From a virus (lineage: Duplodnaviria; Caudoviricetes), in IMG/VR virus record IMGVR_UViG_3300017499_000044, positions 30,033 through 94,032 of that record: DNA of 64,000 nucleotides; one strand, 5' to 3'. Shown here one piece after another: positions 11,901 through 21,754 of the stretch. Within the stretch, counting starts at the first letter, position 1; every line of letters begins with the position of its first letter. The notes below the pieces were generated by a model. The model was not told the origin of the DNA, ran no database searches, and saw nothing but the letters and a program-made list of their open reading frames with translations. Both the position numbers and the translations under genes were made by a program.

Positions 11901-13327
11901 CAGAAGCATCTGCGGGCGACCTATGGTTTAATTCCTCAAAAAGCAAAACGGGAAAAAGAAATATCGCAGTAGGCGATCGCCTTGAGGGAAAAACATTACA
12001 CTTTGACACTGCTTCAAAAGTCGGAGATATTACCGAGGATCATGCCGTGATTACTTTTGGAGGAAAGAGCGGAAACCCGGGCGGAGGAATCGTCGTAGCG
12101 AAAAGCACCAGCTCATCAATTGATAATGATTACTATCTTTATGTATGGACACAGGGCGCGGATAATGCAGTATCCATACATAAGACATTTATATACAGAG
12201 TCTCTGGGAATAAATGGATTGAAGATGAGTGTGGCTTAGAGACAAATTATGCGTTGGTTGATTATGTTAATGAGAGCAGTCCGTTTTATTCTTTAATCAG
12301 TGCGGAGTATACAAGTATATACGAACCACAGAGCTTATACAGACGTGTTGGGTCTTCGTGGGTTCTCATAGACAGGACAACCACTCAGGAGCTTAAAGAC
12401 TCCATTTCAGATGTGAGCAAGTCATTGAGTAATGTAATTACAGACAACGGCTATCTCAACGCCGAGAAACTTAAAGGTGTTATCAGCGGAAATATCGCAG
12501 AAATGCAAAGCGCCAAAGGAAATGTTTTATTTGATTCAGACGGTATTTGGCTTTTGAACGCAGCGACAAAGAGAGAGGCTACCAAGGCTATTTGGATGAA
12601 CGAGCAGGGGATGCAATTCGGAACGGGCGATGCGTGCGAAGATCCCGCGAATGATGATAGCTGGACATGGACAACCTCTGTTTCGCATGATGGTATTGAA
12701 GCGGAGGCTCTTGCGGGAAAATATCTAAGCGGATGTACAATATTCGGCGGCAGGTTAAAGATAGGGGATAATTTTACGGTTAACACAGATGGAAAGATGA
12801 TGGCAAAGAACGGAAGATTTGAAGGGACGGTGCAAGCCGATAAATTTGAGGATTCGGAAGGAAATTCTATGATGAACGGCAGCAAATTCAAAGCAGATTA
12901 TTTGTCATTATACGGCTTAACAATTCAAAACGACGACAGCGAGACGACATTTGAAATAGATACCGATGGAAATGTTACAGCTAAGGGCAATATTGAAGCC
13001 ACAAAGGTTACGGCTAATGCCGAAATACAATCTCCCGTTATAAAAGGCGGACGGATCTGGAACACGAAGGGAACGACATCCTTGGTGCTTGGGACTAATG
13101 ATAATAGTAATTATGGAGACCTGACCTTGTATCAACATAGCAAGAATTTCGACAGCGGCAGGGGTAGTCTTGTATTTCAAATACACCACGAAGCAACATC
13201 TTTTAGCTTGTGGGGACAGAACGGTCAATTTCTCTCAACAGGCGGCGGATATACTTACGCTACCAACACATGGGATTTCACTAATGCTACCGTGAAGGGC
13301 TTATCGGCTGTCGCTACATTCGGGTAA
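8987..13327 (+). CDS. Tal-like / phage tail spike-hub protein
   Basis: Directly after TMP. N-terminal prophage tail-hub-like region, coiled coil, GDLWFN repeats, FTDDGWQTAKMAIG motif typical of Firmicutes phage tail proteins. Confidence 0.75.
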   Translation: MEVIVLVIDFSSIGVIKEQPTLILCSVDDSAIGSLSAAYNLTGDICYNETSTISFELPAYIDGQRTPHYDDVIGMRTIKIPKYGRFVIVNPSTTNDGVKEIKTCKAYSLEYEFTYKQVYFEEGTYNFYDPFSPNDTVLGMLMEDFPSWSLGDVDSALIGKYRTFEETDSNAYNFIKSTLQESYECIFDFDTLNRKVNVRSTSAESTPTPVYLSLDNLIKELKIEEDTENIYTVLDVSGGEDVDIRMVNPLGTNKIYNLDYFMKPSHFESSMIEKWNSWKKSYENEQTPFYNISLERSLKTAAISTEESKLNELKSIDLAELTSERAVYIEYLAKLVDDDSDDYNAYQKKLKKVNSEIDDKNAEISEQEDVIASLKAEETALTEKLTEIKAGLAFDNFFTAEELKLLDRYFKEESIEETTFVVSEVDSYETSDISNSIKGISITFANCNFTETETDSETKMYSISGGSFSLTNTTTTLDAETVNATFEVKSDKTIILSAYLNKGKIGDSEFPNATISLTGDYSSVTLSGDGKTGHTSSVSVGGISGQMYFTRNTTDYEKHSVSWDLYEYGKSTLEKLAYPSYTFDVSSANFLSMDEFEGFIQHLKLGQKIYINTDNEILEPILIGVEIDFDDPTSLTLKFSDTYSASDNAFKLVDLLDQSISMGRTVESSKLNYSSFVNSGASNAVKDFMSSALDIAKNSILSSDGQGVSWDNAGLHLRKYIDKDDPDKGYEDEQISMINNSIVFTDDGWQTAKMAIGRIIDGNIGSYAETSDTEYNEKKTYYYIDVDENYQKWNGSEEKWEAEDRPLLYEKTGTAYGIVAPYIVGTILAGENCMIDTSNGSFKVDESGVYIDSLKFYITHGGTTYDTTLQDELDKLDLESTQIAGDIGDVVQNIDGLSNMTVAVYYQADEPETDNVGDLWFNTDTNRLYCYSGLMWRDTNNDGYAEKIKRGQDEQAGSDGVIMYYQQEAAPSEASAGDLWFNSSKSKTGKRNIAVGDRLEGKTLHFDTASKVGDITEDHAVITFGGKSGNPGGGIVVAKSTSSSIDNDYYLYVWTQGADNAVSIHKTFIYRVSGNKWIEDECGLETNYALVDYVNESSPFYSLISAEYTSIYEPQSLYRRVGSSWVLIDRTTTQELKDSISDVSKSLSNVITDNGYLNAEKLKGVISGNIAEMQSAKGNVLFDSDGIWLLNAATKREATKAIWMNEQGMQFGTGDACEDPANDDSWTWTTSVSHDGIEAEALAGKYLSGCTIFGGRLKIGDNFTVNTDGKMMAKNGRFEGTVQADKFEDSEGNSMMNGSKFKADYLSLYGLTIQNDDSETTFEIDTDGNVTAKGNIEATKVTANAEIQSPVIKGGRIWNTKGTTSLVLGTNDNSNYGDLTLYQHSKNFDSGRGSLVFQIHHEATSFSLWGQNGQFLSTGGGYTYATNTWDFTNATVKGLSAVATFG

Positions 13328-13360
13328 GCATTAACGACGAACGAGAAGGGAGGTAATTAT

Positions 13361-15208
13361 ATGGCTACAGAGGTTTCTTTAACCGTGTCTATGTACGACT
13401 ATAACGGAAGTCTGTGCGCTTTCGGAGTAGTAAGCGGATTAGGGGGTGTAAATTCTGTAAGGATGTATCTTTCCACGGGAACGGGAACAACATATCAATA
13501 CTATTCCACGCAAATCTACAATAAGAGCGAGGCAAAAATAAACACGAAGCAGTATCCCACCCCCTCCTTTGTCTTTAATGTTCGCACCGATAGAGATACA
13601 GAGGATGCGAGTATATATCCAAAGCAATTGAAATACGGACAATATAAATTCAGCTTTCATTTCTACGACAAGAACGGAACGCTTTTAAATACAACACCTC
13701 TTACTCTGACGGACGGAAGTGATTTTGTGTATTATCAAATGCACAACAGTCTTACCTCTCCCGCTATAACGTGGGATGAATCAAATAAAATGATAAGACT
13801 GCTTAATCGGGGAAAGTACAGATATATGATAGAAATCCGCAGGAAAGATCGTAATCTTGTCAACACCGACTTCAAGCCCGAAGTAAAAGACTACGCGTAT
13901 GAGGTCGTGATGAAAAATCTGGAGCGGGGCAAGTATTGGGAAGCCATTCCGAATACTGCGCTATACGGAGAACCCGGCAGAGAGGATACGGGAGATCGCT
14001 GCAGATATAGGAATCGGTGGGTTACAAACGGAATACAGCAACGCGTTTTGATTATATATGACTCGGGAGCGAAGTTTACCGAATCCGACAAGACCGATTA
14101 CGACACGATTGTTACGAACGCATTAGGGCAACTCACAGACATGACCGGCATTAACTTTACTATAGTCAGCCGAGAGAATACAGACGGAACTCCCGCTGTC
14201 GATTATGACCCCTACAATTGCGATGAAACCATGGAAGCCTATGTCGACGCATATGGCTACGACCGAGAGGAACAATCCGAAGCTCCTTATGACATCATAG
14301 TTCGAGTTGGCAACGACACGACTATGGATAGCAAGAAAGGCGATTGGGTAGGTGAGGGTATGTGGAGAGTGTGGAGATGGGACGGCGACGGACAGGATGG
14401 AATCGCAACATCCATCGCCTGTATCAACGTTGATAAAGCCATGGAGTTCGAAAGCATACGCCACGTATTTTTCGAGGAAATTTATCAAAGCTTCGGAATG
14501 GGCGCGGATAACTATTCCAACCCCTTAAGCATACACTGGGATCCGGAATACACCAACCCCGACTCGTATTATATTAAGGATTGGTATAATGGGAATATAC
14601 AATGGGATAAAGAGGTCATGAGGTTTTGGCAGTCGCAAAACATGAACGGCTGGTCGAACATTGATTTAATAAATAATATGGATACGCCGTGCTGTATGTT
14701 TAAGGAATGGTCGGGCAAGGCTTATTATGACTTTGATTTGTCGGGGCTTACAGCCGGTGATTATATTGTTTACGGCTGGGTTGCGGGGGAGAAAACTCGA
14801 CCCGCTCAGTCAGGAACATCGGAACATACTGTGATTCACGGATGGGACGACAGCCCATATTCGAACAAGGCGTGTGTCGAGATAACCATTCCGAACACCG
14901 GTCGTCCGAATCATTTTTCATGGACATATCCGAAAGAGAAGGGCGAGCTTTTTAATCTGACCGCAGACGAATGGAACGCCTTAACGAAAAACATAAACGA
15001 GGTAAGAGAATACAAGGGGCTTAGCGCATACTCATTTACAATGGCTGTAAAGGGTGAGGTGTTTAAGGCAAGTATGTACATGGAAGCGCGAGAAGCTATA
15101 CGGGAAATACAAGGATACGGAACATACATACCGAGCGTTGCCGCCAGAGACACAATCACAGCCACAGCAATGAACAGCATAGTAAGCGAGCTTAATGCCG
15201 TGCCTTAA
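13361..15208 (+). CDS. Tail-associated protein with zincin-like (DUF2927-like) middle region
   Basis: Strong RBS GGAGG; HVFFEEIYQSFGMGADN motif; C-terminal RPNHFSWT...LTADEWNAL segment seen in phage tail proteins. Confidence 0.5.
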   Translation: MATEVSLTVSMYDYNGSLCAFGVVSGLGGVNSVRMYLSTGTGTTYQYYSTQIYNKSEAKINTKQYPTPSFVFNVRTDRDTEDASIYPKQLKYGQYKFSFHFYDKNGTLLNTTPLTLTDGSDFVYYQMHNSLTSPAITWDESNKMIRLLNRGKYRYMIEIRRKDRNLVNTDFKPEVKDYAYEVVMKNLERGKYWEAIPNTALYGEPGREDTGDRCRYRNRWVTNGIQQRVLIIYDSGAKFTESDKTDYDTIVTNALGQLTDMTGINFTIVSRENTDGTPAVDYDPYNCDETMEAYVDAYGYDREEQSEAPYDIIVRVGNDTTMDSKKGDWVGEGMWRVWRWDGDGQDGIATSIACINVDKAMEFESIRHVFFEEIYQSFGMGADNYSNPLSIHWDPEYTNPDSYYIKDWYNGNIQWDKEVMRFWQSQNMNGWSNIDLINNMDTPCCMFKEWSGKAYYDFDLSGLTAGDYIVYGWVAGEKTRPAQSGTSEHTVIHGWDDSPYSNKACVEITIPNTGRPNHFSWTYPKEKGELFNLTADEWNALTKNINEVREYKGLSAYSFTMAVKGEVFKASMYMEAREAIREIQGYGTYIPSVAARDTITATAMNSIVSELNAVP

Positions 15209-15254
15209 CAGGAACGGTGCGGCAACAGCGCAAAGAGCAGAGGGAGATTAACTT

Positions 15255-15473
15255 ATGAACATAAACGAAATCAAAAATAACGTGGCTATGGTTATCAATG
15301 CCCTAAACACAATTGATGTGCGCGGCAAGAATAATCTCACGGCTTTGGGCGGTTCTATAGGTGTGCTTGAATCGGTTTATGAGGAGCTTCAAAAGCCGCA
15401 GAGTATAAAGAGGTCTGCAGCGGGCAGTGTGATTAGCGGCGCACAGGTCACAGCCTCCGACAATGAGGAGTAA
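15255..15473 (+). CDS. Small hypothetical tail-region protein
   Basis: RBS plus ATG, co-oriented in the tail operon. Confidence 0.6.
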   Translation: MNINEIKNNVAMVINALNTIDVRGKNNLTALGGSIGVLESVYEELQKPQSIKRSAAGSVISGAQVTASDNEE

Positions 15474-15487
15474 GGCGGTGAGACGAT

Positions 15488-16294
15488 ATGACATTTTGCA
15501 GTGACATTTTCGCCTTTGACGGAGTATCTTCGGAAGAATACGGATTAATGATGTATGAGATAAATTCATCGTCCTCCGAGACGACCAAGACATTGTCGGT
15601 TACGGCAGAGATTGTGGAAGACAGAATATCGAGAAGGTATCGCCCTATTCATTACGGAACTACTGTCAACACTCCGTTGGAGTTTGAAATGACATTTGGG
15701 GCAGATATAGATGCAGTCGACGAGGGGCGGCGGTATGACAGATATGAGCTAGAAGCTATCGCGAGTTGGCTTACATCGCACGATACGTATAAATGGCTTG
15801 AGATTATGCAGCCTGATATGGAACCTTTTCGATATAGATGTTTTATAACAGAATTAGAGCATATTGATTTTGACGGCTCGCCGCTGGCATTTAAATGTAC
15901 GGTGGTATGTGATTCTCCGTTTGCTTACCGGTATCCAAAAACATACAAGTATAACGTTGATGGAACATTAGACGTTAGAATCTTCAACGAAAGCTCGTAC
16001 CCGGGCTACTACAAACCCGACATCAGAATCACGCCGTCATCGGGCGGAACGTTTTCGATACAGAACCTAAGCGACAATGGCAGAATAACACAATTCACAG
16101 GGCTGCCCGCAAACACAAGCAGCGTGTATGTTGACGGAGTAAATGAAGTTATAAAATGCGACGAAATCACAAACCCGTACAGCTATTTCAACTTCAACTT
16201 TCTACGAATGCCGAGGAAAGAGAACAGGCTTCGGCTCAGCGGCAAGGGGATAATTGAGATAATATGTGAGTTTCCTGTAAGCATAGGAGGATAA
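15488..16294 (+). CDS. Distal tail protein (Dit)-like
   Basis: FAFDGVSSEEYGL N-terminus, CDSPFAY motif, C-terminal NRLRLSGKGIIEI typical of siphophage Dit. Confidence 0.8.
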   Translation: MTFCSDIFAFDGVSSEEYGLMMYEINSSSSETTKTLSVTAEIVEDRISRRYRPIHYGTTVNTPLEFEMTFGADIDAVDEGRRYDRYELEAIASWLTSHDTYKWLEIMQPDMEPFRYRCFITELEHIDFDGSPLAFKCTVVCDSPFAYRYPKTYKYNVDGTLDVRIFNESSYPGYYKPDIRITPSSGGTFSIQNLSDNGRITQFTGLPANTSSVYVDGVNEVIKCDEITNPYSYFNFNFLRMPRKENRLRLSGKGIIEIICEFPVSIGG

Positions 16295-16342
16295 TATTTA
16301 TGAATAAAGATATAAGCCATATTTTTAGAAGGGAGGGCTGAT

Positions 16343-19300
16343 ATGATAGGAATTACGTGTACTGATACATATGGAGACACAGTGTCGTTTCTAACGCAGT
16401 GGGACGTTAATATATCTCTCACGATAACTTGTTACGACAAAATAACTACGCCCGTATTCCATTTTAGCAATCAGTCTAGAACTGAAGCTCTCGTCGTAGA
16501 TGAGGTGACAACATCCGGGAATGCGTCTGCGGGCTATGAGCTTACCGCAAAAATACCGAATGTATTGCTTCAAGAGCCGTATCCGATAATGATGTATCTG
16601 TATGATTATCTTGGAAACACCGGAGAGTCAGGTGTTCCTGCAAAAGTGAGAGCGTCTGCAAGAATACCCATGCGCAGAAGAACAAAGCCGTCGCCTTATA
16701 AATATGCGGAAACGATAGACGGCGCATACTTTAGCGAGATCACCGCTCTGATTCAGAAAAAGCTTGACGCGCTGGATGATGGTTCGATTGTATATCCGGA
16801 TTTAACAGATCTTAAATCAGATTGTGAGGATATGCAAAATGCGATAACAAAGTGCCAAACATCATTAAGAAACGAAGCTGCCGTCGATTTAGATTTCGAC
16901 GAAAGTACGGGAGAAATAACTCTCCGAAACTCTGTCGGAGCGCAGACCGGAGACGCAGTCAAGATACCTACAACATTAGGGATAAGCGGCATAAGCGCAG
17001 ATACTGTGCAGACTGATTCCGATTATTATCTTGTATTGTATGACGAGGACGGCAATGAGCTTACGCGGACATTACTGCCATCTTCTAATTCTGGCATAGA
17101 CTCCACAACTATTGACGACTCTTTATCATCAACGTCAGAGCAGCCGGTACAGAATAAAGTAATAAATTCTGCAATAGAAGCAATAAATACGAATGTGGGG
17201 ACAATGAGCGATCTCCAAGTCAGCGCAGATAATTTGGTGGCTGCGATAAATAAGATTGATGATAAAGCAAAAGCTGCGGCTGCAACAACCTATGCGTCAA
17301 CTAGTGAAGCGGGAATTGTAAAGCTTTATTCCGTCGATGGCAAGAACACCAGCGGATTAAATGTGGACGCAGCAGACGGCAGTGTATGGATAGGCACCAA
17401 CAGCGATAAGGGTACGCAGAAAACCAGTTCGGGTGAGATAGCAACGGCTGCGGCAGACGTCACAGATATAGATGCAGCAATAAACTCTTATAAGCCGATA
17501 GTCCCGTCAACACTCTCGTATGCCGTGCAGTCAATCGGCGGGACGCTGACAGAGCTTAAGACTCAATCTCAAGATTCATATATTTCGGCAATAAATGAAA
17601 TCAAGACAGATATAGATGATATAGTCGCTTCCGGGATAGGAACTGTTTCTACTATGACAACAGCAATGTATGAGAATGTGGGAACATCGGAATCGATGCT
17701 GACTCTGCCACATAAGATTTCCGAGATTTTAGAATTTATATTAGCAAAGGTAAACGGGTTGCAAAGCCATATTTATGAGTTTCCCACAACGAACTTAACA
17801 TTAAATTATCCGGAGATAGTGACAGGCGATGTGTCTTCTGAGGCAAAAGCTCCGGGCGTAATCGCATCTATCCCAATGCCTTGCGGCGTATACCATATTA
17901 ACATTCCCGCAAATTCAACTTATTTCTATATTCGCTCTTTTACAATACGGGATAAGGATGACTCATCGACTTCGTATACAGTAAAATACACCGATAAAAG
18001 CGGCGAGGGCAGATTTCTTACAGGACATAACTATTGGGCATACTTCGGAGATCAAGGTTCAAAACTATTATATTCTGATGTGTTTGGTCAGCAGCCGATA
18101 CCATGCAACTATTCTATAACAGACGGGCAATTATCATCAAGCATTGCGGCGAAACCCGGGATATTCTTGTGTGATGAAGCAGACGGTCAATACACTATAA
18201 CTTATCCGGTGTTATCTATGTATAACGATGAATCCGGGGAAACCACGCAGATAAAATTTGATCTGAATGGAAATATCTACACACGATGTGACAGCACCGG
18301 AATAGGCGGAGAGTCATGGACAGAATGGGCAAAGGTTGTTCCTGATGTGGATTCTGCCTTAAGTTTCACATCATCCAATCCTGTACAGAATAAAGTTATA
18401 AATACCGCAATAAACAATGCGGTTGCAAATTCGGACAACTGGGACAAGGGATATGAATGGTGCAATACTTTCTCTAATAATTTTAGCAACAGTTCTTATT
18501 TAAGTGTTGATGAAATAGCGAGTGACATGGGCAATGTTGCTAGCCTTGAAACTACTGCGACAAATCTTGTTGGGGCAATCAATGAGATAAAGAACGCACA
18601 AACCACCGGCGGTGTCACGGTAGATGAAGCTCTTTCAAGTACCTCGACTAACCCGGTACAGAATAAAACAGTATATACCGCCTTGAACTCCGGTTATTAC
18701 GGTGTCGCAACAATGTCAGTCGGCACAGATACCGTGACCTATTCTGCCACCGTAACTCCTGCACCGCTTATTGCCGCAGGCTTGCGAGTGACAATAAATT
18801 TCTCCGGCTTTAAAGCGGGTCTTAACAATTATCTGAGCGTAAACAGCTCCACCGCATTTCCGATCTATCAAAACGGAATAGATCTCTTTGTTGCAGAAGA
18901 AACCATCTCGTATGGAGAATGCCTTGACCTCGTTCTTGTGGCTGATGATACCTCGGTTGACAATTACCACTGGGAAATAATAAACGCAGGTGAAATCCTC
19001 AACATGAACTTACAAATCTCGGTAGATACCGCATTGTCGAGTACATCTACTAATCCTGTGCAGAACAAAATTGTAAACACTGCGATAAACACAATAAACA
19101 ACAAGCTTGGCACGACCACAATGGGAACGACTGCTACAACTATTACCGGAGCTATAGCGGAACTAAAGAACGCACAATCTTCGGGGACAGGTGCTGATTC
19201 AAGCTTTGATGGTAGTGCTGATTTTGATATTATTCCTGCCGACAGTGAAACATACGACCTCGGAAATGCGACAAACGCATGGAATTGTGTTTATGCTAAT

Positions 19301-21139
19301 ATTGTAGACGCTAGTCAAGTATCTGTAGAAGAAGTAGCAACCAATACCATAGAATTAGGCTCTGTCGTGTTAAACATTACAGACTTTAATCAGGGACGAA
19401 TTACTTATGTTATATGCGACACAGAACAAGATAATACAGCGAAAATAGGAACGCCAACATCATATACAGACTTTAGTATGACAAATGAAATGCACTTTGC
19501 GGTACAATTCACAAATGGGTTGGCTGAAAATACAAGCGCAACATTAAATATTAATAATACTGCCGCTTATCCAATAACCATAGACGGCACGAATTATTAC
19601 ACAGGCTCTGTTCCTGCCGGCGGAGTGCTTGAAGTTGTATATTACGATAATAGCTTTATTGTGGTTAATCCCAATAACGACACTCTGGGAAACTCGGCTG
19701 AATCGGCAAAATTAAATGCAGCAAGCTCCGGAAAGAATGCGGTAAAAGTCTCTAGCCAGTCTGCACTAACTTCGGCTATTAGTAATAGTTCAAATGACGG
19801 GTGCGTAATAGAGTTTTCGGGAACATCTTCGACAACGCAGTACATACTCTATCTTGATAAAATCAGCTCAAGTATTACGAATCTGACAATTCGAGGAGCA
19901 AGCAGTTCTCGGGCAAGCAACTATCTTAAAATAGCGCTATACAACTCGACCGCGCCGACATATAATGCTAAATTTAAGCTGACTATAGAGAGAACAAACG
20001 TGGAAATAGCACAGCCGAACATTTACAAAACCGCGATACCTACGCTTGTTTTTAATAACTGCAATGTTACAGCTACTCTTAACAACTTATCAACGTTTAC
20101 TGCGGGGAAACTCATTCAGGCAACAGAATTAGTATTAAACAATTGCACAACGACAAGTAAAATCACTGAAACGTCTGCAAAGATAGATACCATTTTTGAT
20201 GTCTTCTGGGCTGAGAAAATCAAGGTAATAGGCGGATATTTAAACACTGCCGGACGTCCCTATGACAGTGATATATGCGTAAACCTGTTGGGTTCGAGTG
20301 GAAAAACTGCGGGAGAAAGCTGCATCTCGGACGGATGTCAAATCAGCCAATACGACCTTACTACATCCTCAACATATTCAAACGCGGGAAAACATTGCGT
20401 GATTAGTGCTTATGCGTTTGATGTTAGTGGATGTACCATTAAAAATAGCTGTACTACTACTTATGCCACTAATTATTGCCTTTTCTGCACTGACATTGCG
20501 GGAACTGCCGTTACAGCAGGCACAGTCTTTGAGAATAATACCGTTTCGGGATATTCGTCAATGTTTATTCATTGCGAGACGATTAAGGGCAATACCTTTA
20601 CGACAAGCGGAACACTGATGTTAAGCTTGGATGATGGAAGCATTATCAGCGACAACACCTTTACAAACACGGCAGTCACTCTGCAAGGGGCAACTTCGGG
20701 CGAAAGGGTACAGTATTGGGACAATATTGCTAGCAGCATTACACTCGGAAGCAATATTTCAAGGACGCTGGTAAATAGAAAGGTTGAACGCATAGGCACA
20801 TGGATAGACGGCACCCCAATTTGGAGGGTCATGTTTCGATATGCGCTTGAAGATACTGACCGGGAAGATTTTACGAATAACTCAACTATGAGCTTAACTT
20901 CTTACTGCAAGACAGTTTCCAGCAGTAGCGATTATTGTATTTATCTAAGATGGGGCGCAACACTTATATCGGGAGAAACTCCATGTTTAATAGACGATAT
21001 GAATCTTGTACCAACTTCAAATATAGAGTGCGATGTGGATACTTCACAGGTTAGCGAAGCGTATATAAAGAGCGCAAGTCCGACTTATTTATACGGATGG
21101 ATTGAATTTGCAACCCCGGAAAGCAAGTTGGCTAGTTAA
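16343..21139 (+). CDS. Baseplate-anchored tail fibre / receptor-binding protein
   Basis: N-terminal LTQWDVN...IPNVLLQ BppU-like segment; repeated VDxALSSTSTNPVQNK and NLVxAINE fibre motifs; C-terminal beta-helix-like T/S/N-rich region. Confidence 0.75.
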   Translation: MIGITCTDTYGDTVSFLTQWDVNISLTITCYDKITTPVFHFSNQSRTEALVVDEVTTSGNASAGYELTAKIPNVLLQEPYPIMMYLYDYLGNTGESGVPAKVRASARIPMRRRTKPSPYKYAETIDGAYFSEITALIQKKLDALDDGSIVYPDLTDLKSDCEDMQNAITKCQTSLRNEAAVDLDFDESTGEITLRNSVGAQTGDAVKIPTTLGISGISADTVQTDSDYYLVLYDEDGNELTRTLLPSSNSGIDSTTIDDSLSSTSEQPVQNKVINSAIEAINTNVGTMSDLQVSADNLVAAINKIDDKAKAAAATTYASTSEAGIVKLYSVDGKNTSGLNVDAADGSVWIGTNSDKGTQKTSSGEIATAAADVTDIDAAINSYKPIVPSTLSYAVQSIGGTLTELKTQSQDSYISAINEIKTDIDDIVASGIGTVSTMTTAMYENVGTSESMLTLPHKISEILEFILAKVNGLQSHIYEFPTTNLTLNYPEIVTGDVSSEAKAPGVIASIPMPCGVYHINIPANSTYFYIRSFTIRDKDDSSTSYTVKYTDKSGEGRFLTGHNYWAYFGDQGSKLLYSDVFGQQPIPCNYSITDGQLSSSIAAKPGIFLCDEADGQYTITYPVLSMYNDESGETTQIKFDLNGNIYTRCDSTGIGGESWTEWAKVVPDVDSALSFTSSNPVQNKVINTAINNAVANSDNWDKGYEWCNTFSNNFSNSSYLSVDEIASDMGNVASLETTATNLVGAINEIKNAQTTGGVTVDEALSSTSTNPVQNKTVYTALNSGYYGVATMSVGTDTVTYSATVTPAPLIAAGLRVTINFSGFKAGLNNYLSVNSSTAFPIYQNGIDLFVAEETISYGECLDLVLVADDTSVDNYHWEIINAGEILNMNLQISVDTALSSTSTNPVQNKIVNTAINTINNKLGTTTMGTTATTITGAIAELKNAQSSGTGADSSFDGSADFDIIPADSETYDLGNATNAWNCVYANIVDASQVSVEEVATNTIELGSVVLNITDFNQGRITYVICDTEQDNTAKIGTPTSYTDFSMTNEMHFAVQFTNGLAENTSATLNINNTAAYPITIDGTNYYTGSVPAGGVLEVVYYDNSFIVVNPNNDTLGNSAESAKLNAASSGKNAVKVSSQSALTSAISNSSNDGCVIEFSGTSSTTQYILYLDKISSSITNLTIRGASSSRASNYLKIALYNSTAPTYNAKFKLTIERTNVEIAQPNIYKTAIPTLVFNNCNVTATLNNLSTFTAGKLIQATELVLNNCTTTSKITETSAKIDTIFDVFWAEKIKVIGGYLNTAGRPYDSDICVNLLGSSGKTAGESCISDGCQISQYDLTTSSTYSNAGKHCVISAYAFDVSGCTIKNSCTTTYATNYCLFCTDIAGTAVTAGTVFENNTVSGYSSMFIHCETIKGNTFTTSGTLMLSLDDGSIISDNTFTNTAVTLQGATSGERVQYWDNIASSITLGSNISRTLVNRKVERIGTWIDGTPIWRVMFRYALEDTDREDFTNNSTMSLTSYCKTVSSSSDYCIYLRWGATLISGETPCLIDDMNLVPTSNIECDVDTSQVSEAYIKSASPTYLYGWIEFATPESKLAS

Positions 21140-21273
21140 ACGAAGCGAAAGAAAGAACTAATGATAATTGTTAGTCATGGATGTCTTTGATTTATGAATA
21201 TATAATAATACAAGGGCAGCTTGAAACATAGCTGCCTTTGATAATTTTACCAACAAGAAAGAGAGGTATAAAG

Positions 21274-21558
21274 ATGGCAGCTATAAAGAAAAAATACAAA
21301 GGTGTTGCATTAGATTTAAATCAAGAATTTGTCTGTGATTGTCGTGCGGATGTTTCTAGCTTGCCCACACAATCAACAAAATTTGATACGTGTCCTACCG
21401 GCTCATTCGCTTTCGTTATAGAAGATTCCTCGGAGTGGATGCTTAGCAGCGACGGCGAATGGAAGCAAGTTTACACAGGAGGTAATTCGGAAATTGACTC
21501 TTTGGACATTGCGACTGACGCAGAAGTTTCTGAGATGCTGAAAGACACATTTGGTTGA
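21274..21558 (+). CDS. Small tail-fibre-associated protein
   Basis: RBS GAGG plus ATG at 21274; PTGSFAFVIEDSSEWML motif; C-terminal IATDAEVSEML motif shared with the next gene. Confidence 0.65.
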   Translation: MAAIKKKYKGVALDLNQEFVCDCRADVSSLPTQSTKFDTCPTGSFAFVIEDSSEWMLSSDGEWKQVYTGGNSEIDSLDIATDAEVSEMLKDTFG

Positions 21559-21572
21559 TTTATGAGGTTATT

Positions 21573-21722
21573 AATCGAGCGCTTAAGGTGCTTGATCAAT
21601 ATAACAGCGGATTCTTGTTTTTTGTTAGGATTTGATAGAGAATAAGAAACTCCGTTATTTTAAAATCCTGAGATTTAAACTCAGGGTTAAATAGAAGAGT
21701 CTTTGCCGACTAGACGGCAAGG
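21573..21722 (+). promoter_or_regulatory. Structured intergenic leader with four consecutive hairpins
   Basis: atcgagcgc/gtgcttgat; ataacagcgga...tccgttat; cctgag/ctcagg; ttgccg/cggcaa, ending just before the RBS of 21755. Confidence 0.45.
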
Positions 21723-21754
21723 CATGATTAGATAAGTTATAGGAGGTAAAAATT

